Positions 60,178 to 64,000 of a stretch of DNA of 64,000 nt are shown piece by piece. This DNA is from an uncultured Desulfovibrionaceae bacterium (GTDB taxonomy: Bacteria > Desulfobacterota > Desulfovibrionia > Desulfovibrionales > Desulfovibrionaceae): contig CASGAP010000010.1 in assembly GCA_949299515.1 (NCBI GenBank), positions 7,621 through 71,620 of the forward strand. Direction: 5' to 3'. A program made the translations under genes and the position numbers. Position 1 is the stretch's first letter; each line of letters opens with the position of its first letter. Under the pieces are notes generated by a model. The model was not told the DNA's origin. It worked only from the letters and a program-made list of their open reading frames with translations, and made no database searches.

Positions 60178-60726
60178 TTACGGCAGAAGCGAAATTGCTT
60201 TTTGCAGTGCCGTGAGGTTTTCCTGCAGTACCGCATAAGCGTAAAAAATACCGCTTTGTTCGTTTTCGACAAAATCAATCCATTTTGTATGCGGAGGAAT
60301 TTGGGTCGGAAGATAAATATGTGCTTCCTGCAGGATAACGCAGGGCAGTTTGTGTTTAAACCTCAGGGTATTGGTTTTTTCCGCAAGCAGGGAGATTTGT
60401 CTGGCGGTTTTTTGCAGTTCTTTTTTTATGTGCAGAAAATCCTCATAATTTTTTTTCATGGAATTTTTAACGAACAGGGAGTTTTTTTGCGGATTTTGCA
60501 GGTTGAAAGGACTGCGGCAGAGTTTGCCGTAAAACGCGTACAGACTGTCCAGATTTTTTCGGTATGTTTCTGTGTGGATTAAAATCATGCCCGGAGTGGG
60601 GACGGTTTTTTTGCGGATTTTTTTGACGGCAATGCCGCGGTGCTTGGCAAGCAGCAGTAAAACGGTTTGTCCGATGCACAGCACGAACAGGGCAAGGCAG
60701 GGATAAAGGGTAAAATCGTTAAACAT
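60178..60726 (-). CDS. hypothetical membrane-anchored protein (182 aa)
   Basis: ORF with the SD AAGGAG, one N-terminal TM helix followed by a basic stretch (AKHRGIAVKKIRKK), and a ~140-aa domain I do not recognise. Confidence 0.55.
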   Translation of the reverse strand: MFNDFTLYPCLALFVLCIGQTVLLLLAKHRGIAVKKIRKKTVPTPGMILIHTETYRKNLDSLYAFYGKLCRSPFNLQNPQKNSLFVKNSMKKNYEDFLHIKKELQKTARQISLLAEKTNTLRFKHKLPCVILQEAHIYLPTQIPPHTKWIDFVENEQSGIFYAYAVLQENLTALQKAISLLP

Positions 60727-60727
60727 A

Positions 60728-60771
60728 AAAACTCCTTATGGTAAAAGAAACTATTTTACCATGAGGAGTTT
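60728..60771 (-). promoter_or_regulatory. 18-bp-arm hairpin whose 3' arm contains the SD of the 182-aa gene, followed by U5
   Basis: Minus strand: AAACUCCUCAUGGUAAAA-UAGUUUC-UUUUACCAUAAGGAGUUU-UU-AUG. Confidence 0.6.
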
Positions 60772-60849
60772 AAATTGTAAGCAGCAAAAAATAATTTTTT
60801 TTAGGGAAATCGTCAGGAAAGTTTTTTTTGCTGCCGTCCGTACAGAATT

Positions 60850-61128
60850 TTATTGTATGGTTTCTATTTTTATGATTTTGTCGATATAAAAATCTTCAAA
60901 GATAATGGCGGTCATTCTGCATTTCGGGGTGCAGAATCCGTATACTTTTTCCATAACGGCTTTATTGGCGTGTTCAATGCTGTACGTATCGCCGTTTTCA
61001 AGTACAAAATCCGTTGCCATTTTTCCCTCCGTGCCGAGTTCGCCGCTGAAGGTTTTTTGTGTTTCCGCCGCAAAGGAAGCGCAGGGGAGAAATGCAAGGC
61101 ATAATGCGGTCAGCAGAAGTTTTTTCAT
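60850..61128 (-). CDS. small exported protein (92 aa)
   Basis: SD AAAGGA, signal peptide MKKLLLTALCLAFLPCASFAAE, and a ~70-aa mature part with a CTPKC pair. Confidence 0.6.
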   Translation of the reverse strand: MKKLLLTALCLAFLPCASFAAETQKTFSGELGTEGKMATDFVLENGDTYSIEHANKAVMEKVYGFCTPKCRMTAIIFEDFYIDKIIKIETIQ

Positions 61129-61182
61129 AATGTGTCCTTTTATGTCGGTAAGATGTTTGAACCGGATACGGAATTTTGTATT

Positions 61183-61953
61183 TTACGGTTTGCCTGCCAG
61201 AATGATTTGCGGGATTGTGTCGCCCAGTTCATCTTTTTTCATCGGGATTTTCAGGCGGCATTTGCTGTCTTTTGAGCAGTATTTGGCAATAATCCTGTTA
61301 AGATCTTCTGCGGTTTCCGGTATTTCCGTTGTGTATGCGTAGGTTTTGCCTGTTTCGTCGATAAAAGTATTGTTTTCAAAATGGCCGGTAAGTTCAGCCA
61401 TTTCTGCATAGTCAATGTTCATGTAACGCAGTAAATAAAGGGCAGATACTCCTTCCGCAGTTATGGAAGCATCGCTGATAAGCACGTTCATCATCAGTCC
61501 GTCGCATTCTCCCTGTACCGTTACCAGCTGGCCGCGCTTGATGTCTGCCAGCTGTTCTTCATTGTTTCCGAAAAAGCACTGGACCTGTCTCGTTCCGTCG
61601 GCGGAGTCCAGGGTAATGTACGCTTCGTCGGTAATATCTTTCGCTATGTCGAGTACGCAGCCCGAAATGCGCAGAATTTTGCCTTTGTATTTGCTGTCGG
61701 CAGAAACTTCGTTTGTTTTGTAATCATACATAAGTTTGATACTTGTAACTTCCGCATCGGGTTTTTGGTCTGCTGAGCCTGAACCGCTGTCAGCCAGATT
61801 GCCGATTAAGCCCATGACAAACAAAATGCCTACGGCAATGAGTATGGTTTTGCCTTTTGATTTCTTTTTGGGATTTTTAAAAATATGCCCGCAGTGGGGG
61901 CAGCTCTGAGCATTCGCTGAAATTTCTTTTCCGCAATTTTGACACACTGCCAT
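61183..61953 (-). CDS. zinc-ribbon / single-TM / OB-fold (tRNA_anti-like type) protein
   Basis: N-terminal CQNCG-X10-CPHCG ribbon, a basic patch and a TM helix (ILIAVGILFVMGLIG). An OB-like segment follows (YKTNEVSADSKYKGKILRISGCVLDI...VQCFF...LADIKRGQLVTVQGEC), then an unassigned ~90-aa C-terminal region. Confidence 0.65.
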   Translation of the reverse strand: MAVCQNCGKEISANAQSCPHCGHIFKNPKKKSKGKTILIAVGILFVMGLIGNLADSGSGSADQKPDAEVTSIKLMYDYKTNEVSADSKYKGKILRISGCVLDIAKDITDEAYITLDSADGTRQVQCFFGNNEEQLADIKRGQLVTVQGECDGLMMNVLISDASITAEGVSALYLLRYMNIDYAEMAELTGHFENNTFIDETGKTYAYTTEIPETAEDLNRIIAKYCSKDSKCRLKIPMKKDELGDTIPQIILAGKP

Positions 61954-61965
61954 ATTGGTATCCTC

Positions 61966-62256
61966 TTATTGTGAAACGACTTTTCCGTTGCTGTCGGTGA
62001 ATTTGTTGCAGATCAGATTGACCAAGTCAAAAAGTGTCCAAAAACCTAAGCCGCCGAGGGTAAAAATCTGTGCGATGGCAGAACCGGTTTTGCCTACATA
62101 AAAACGGTGGGCACCGAAATACCCCAAAAACAGGCAAAGCAGAATGGCTGTTACTTTGCTTTTGGAACTTGCCAGGGACAGGCCGGTGGGTTCGCCGCAT
62201 TTGGGGCAGGTAACGGCCTGATCGGAAATTTGTGCTGCGCAGTTTTTACAAAACAT
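61966..62256 (-). CDS. zinc-ribbon + TM2-domain membrane protein (96 aa)
   Basis: CKNC-X12-CPKC ribbon followed by the TM2 pattern LLCLFLGYFGAHRFYVGKTGSAIAQIFTLGGLGFW. The stop lies 12 nt from the next start (SD GAGGA). Confidence 0.75.
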   Translation of the reverse strand: MFCKNCAAQISDQAVTCPKCGEPTGLSLASSKSKVTAILLCLFLGYFGAHRFYVGKTGSAIAQIFTLGGLGFWTLFDLVNLICNKFTDSNGKVVSQ

Positions 62257-62287
62257 GTTTTTCTCCTTTTTTACGTTTTAAAATTTT

Positions 62288-62336
62288 TAGTAGATATATA
62301 TATTAAATTTTATTAAGTCAATAGATATATCTACTA
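62288..62336. promoter_or_regulatory. 12-bp perfect inverted repeat (TAGTAGATATAT ... ATATATCTACTA) in the divergent promoter region
   Basis: Arms at 62288-62299 and 62325-62336, 25-bp AT-rich spacer, between the TM2 gene start (62256) and the XRE gene start (62382). Confidence 0.5.
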
Positions 62337-62381
62337 CTTTTGTTTGCAATAGCGTGTTATTTTTTTTGATTGAGGATTAAA

Positions 62382-62708
62382 ATGGAAGAAAATAACTTTG
62401 TACGCTTAGGCAAAAGAATCAGTGAATTGAGGCTGGCACGGAAAATGTCGCAGGAACGGCTTTCCGAGCTTGCGGGCATAAGTGCGCACCATATCGGGGA
62501 GCTGGAACGCGGAAAATCCAAAAATCCTACCTATCAGGTGCTGTCCAAGCTTGCCGATGCTCTGGGGGTTTCCGTGCTTATGCTGCTTGATTTCGAGCAC
62601 CAGAAGGAAAAGCAGGATTTGCAGCAGGAATTAGTCGGCATTATCCGAAATCTTCCCGAAGACAAATTGAAAATGGTATACAGGCTTGTACGTTCTGTTT
62701 TGGAATAA
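62382..62708 (+). CDS. XRE-family helix-turn-helix transcriptional regulator
   Basis: SD GAGGA and ATG at 62382. HTH_3 pattern LGKRISELRLARKMSQERLSELAGISAHHIGELERGKSKNPTYQVLSKLADALGVSV. Confidence 0.9.
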   Translation: MEENNFVRLGKRISELRLARKMSQERLSELAGISAHHIGELERGKSKNPTYQVLSKLADALGVSVLMLLDFEHQKEKQDLQQELVGIIRNLPEDKLKMVYRLVRSVLE

Positions 62709-62812
62709 TTGATGTTTTGGGGCATGGTCGGTTCCTCTGCATTGTGTAAATAAATTAATTGTACCATGTCTTTTTAAATTGTAAACAGCCGAAAAAAATT
62801 TTTTTAAATAAA

Positions 62813-62840
62813 CAAAGCCCTGCAGTATGCAGGGCTTTGT
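62813..62840. terminator. bidirectional terminator between convergent genes
   Basis: CAAAGCCCTGCA-GTA-TGCAGGGCTTTG, flanked by A/T runs. Confidence 0.75.
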
Positions 62841-62859
62841 ATTTGCTGAAATTATTGTG

Positions 62860-63435
62860 TTATTGCCATTCTTTGTTGCACATACGGATTTTTATGCTTG
62901 CGAGTTCGTCGGCTTTTTCAAGCATGGCATCTTTGCCTTGGCTTTGGTATGCGGCTTCTGTTTCTTTCAGTTTGGCAAGAAACGCTTTTTCAATGCCTTC
63001 CTGCCCTGCTTCTTTCCATATGGCGGCGGGGTATTCCTGTCTGGCTTTGGCAACCGCTTCGCTTATGGCAAAAACTTGTTTTAGGCCTCGGTCGGTGCTG
63101 CCGTTGCCGATGACGGCAAGAGCTTTTTCCAGTTCTGCAAGGTTGCTGCTGATGTCATTCATATCGGTGATGAGGCTGCACAGTTGGCGTCCTCCCAGCT
63201 GGCAGATGGCATTGAAGCTTTTTTCCTTTTCCGTGTCTTTGAGGGCGTTGTCCAGTTCGGCAAGGTTTTCGGATACCTGATTGATTACTGAGCTGAACTG
63301 GCTGCCGGCAAGCGTATACAGGGAAGGAACGCGCTGTTCCGTTTCCTGTTCGGTTTTCCTTTCCTCTTCGGAGGAAATAGCGTTGCACAGAGTTTTTCCG
63401 CCAAGATTGCAAAGAGTTTCTTTTTTCTTATCCAT
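62860..63435 (-). CDS. hypothetical protein with an internal duplication and paired CX7C motifs (191 aa)
   Basis: SD GGAGAA before the ATG. Repeat 1 is LCNLGGKTLCNAIS...VSENLAELDNAL. Repeat 2 is ICQLGGRQLCSLIT...ISSNLAELEKAL. I recognise no family. Confidence 0.6.
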   Translation of the reverse strand: MDKKKETLCNLGGKTLCNAISSEEERKTEQETEQRVPSLYTLAGSQFSSVINQVSENLAELDNALKDTEKEKSFNAICQLGGRQLCSLITDMNDISSNLAELEKALAVIGNGSTDRGLKQVFAISEAVAKARQEYPAAIWKEAGQEGIEKAFLAKLKETEAAYQSQGKDAMLEKADELASIKIRMCNKEWQ

Positions 63436-63673
63436 AGTAAATTCTCCTCTGTTTTAAATTCTTTTTATACTTTTTACGGTAATAATTTGAAAATAAACCC
63501 AGTCCAGAAATGCCGACACGTGTTTAAAAACGGTCTTAACTTATCTTTATCAAGAAAAAAAATATAATGCAATATGTTAATTATTTCTTTTGGTTTCATC
63601 TTATGCTATAAAAAAACAACGGCTGCGGGTGAATTTTTCTCAGCCGCAGATTAATCGCGAAAAGGAGAGTGCC

Positions 63674-64000
63674 ATGCTTGACGCAATTTATAAACGAAGA
63701 AGTATCCGAAAATTTGTTCCCCGTCCTGTTTCTCCTGAAATTATTGAAAAAATTATCCGATGCGGTATGCAGGCGCCTTCAGCCGGAAACAGTCAGCCTT
63801 GGCAGTTTGTCGTTATCAGAAAAAGAGAAACTTTGCACAAGATAACGTCTTTTCATCCCTATGCGCTTATGCTTGACAGCGTTGACGTCGCGGTTGTCGT
63901 CTGCGGCGATGTTTCCAAGGAAATTTTTCCGGGGTACTGGATTCAGGATTGTTCTGCCTGCATACAGAATATGCTGCTTGCCGTTGAAAGCATAAGAGGC
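63674..64000 (+). CDS. nitroreductase-family protein, N-terminal part (runs off the window end)
   Basis: SD AAGGAGAG and ATG at 63674. The translation is MLDAIYKRRSIRKFVPRPVSPEIIEKIIRCGMQAPSAGNSQPWQFVVI. Confidence 0.85.
   Translation, partial: MLDAIYKRRSIRKFVPRPVSPEIIEKIIRCGMQAPSAGNSQPWQFVVIRKRETLHKITSFHPYALMLDSVDVAVVVCGDVSKEIFPGYWIQDCSACIQNMLLAVESIRG

Overview
64-kb chromosomal window with the hallmarks of a Desulfovibrionaceae-type sulfate reducer. This lineage call is an inference from three things: a tetraheme cytochrome c3, a 1176-aa pyruvate:ferredoxin oxidoreductase, and an adenylate kinase with the Cys-X5-His-X15-Cys-X2-Cys lid motif.

Most of the window is core genome:
- a trpE-G-D-C-F operon on the minus strand, preceded by what reads as a Trp-specific T-box leader
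- DsbD, a ThrE pair, SulP, and a three-gene RND efflux system
- por
- the conserved rpsB-tsf-(GT2)-pyrH-frr-uppS-cdsA-dxr-rseP-tsaB block
- adk, a sigma54 activator plus aconitase, ppiD and cytochrome c3
- tRNA-Leu followed by tig-clpP-clpX-lon.

Two stretches look accessory:
- ~43.4-52.6 kb, immediately 3' of tRNA-Arg(CCU). It holds a visibly AT-richer OMP gene, a hybrid histidine kinase carrying two lesions (an in-frame stop and a frameshift), an AT-rich orphan tRNA-Gln, and a LysR-centred hydrolase/SDR/cyclophilin-like/MFS cluster.
- ~60.2-63.5 kb, holding an XRE regulator divergent from an operon of four small zinc-ribbon/TM2/OB-fold/exported proteins, plus an internally repeated Cys protein.

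A palindrome-based repeat family (CGGGGGAAATSATTTCCCCCG) occurs three times. Two of the copies form a 335-bp MITE-like unit.

I found no CRISPR array, transposase, integrase, rRNA or recognisable defence gene.

All calls come from reading the sequence and the ORF translations. No search or folding program was run. RNA-motif coordinates are good to about +/-2 nt.
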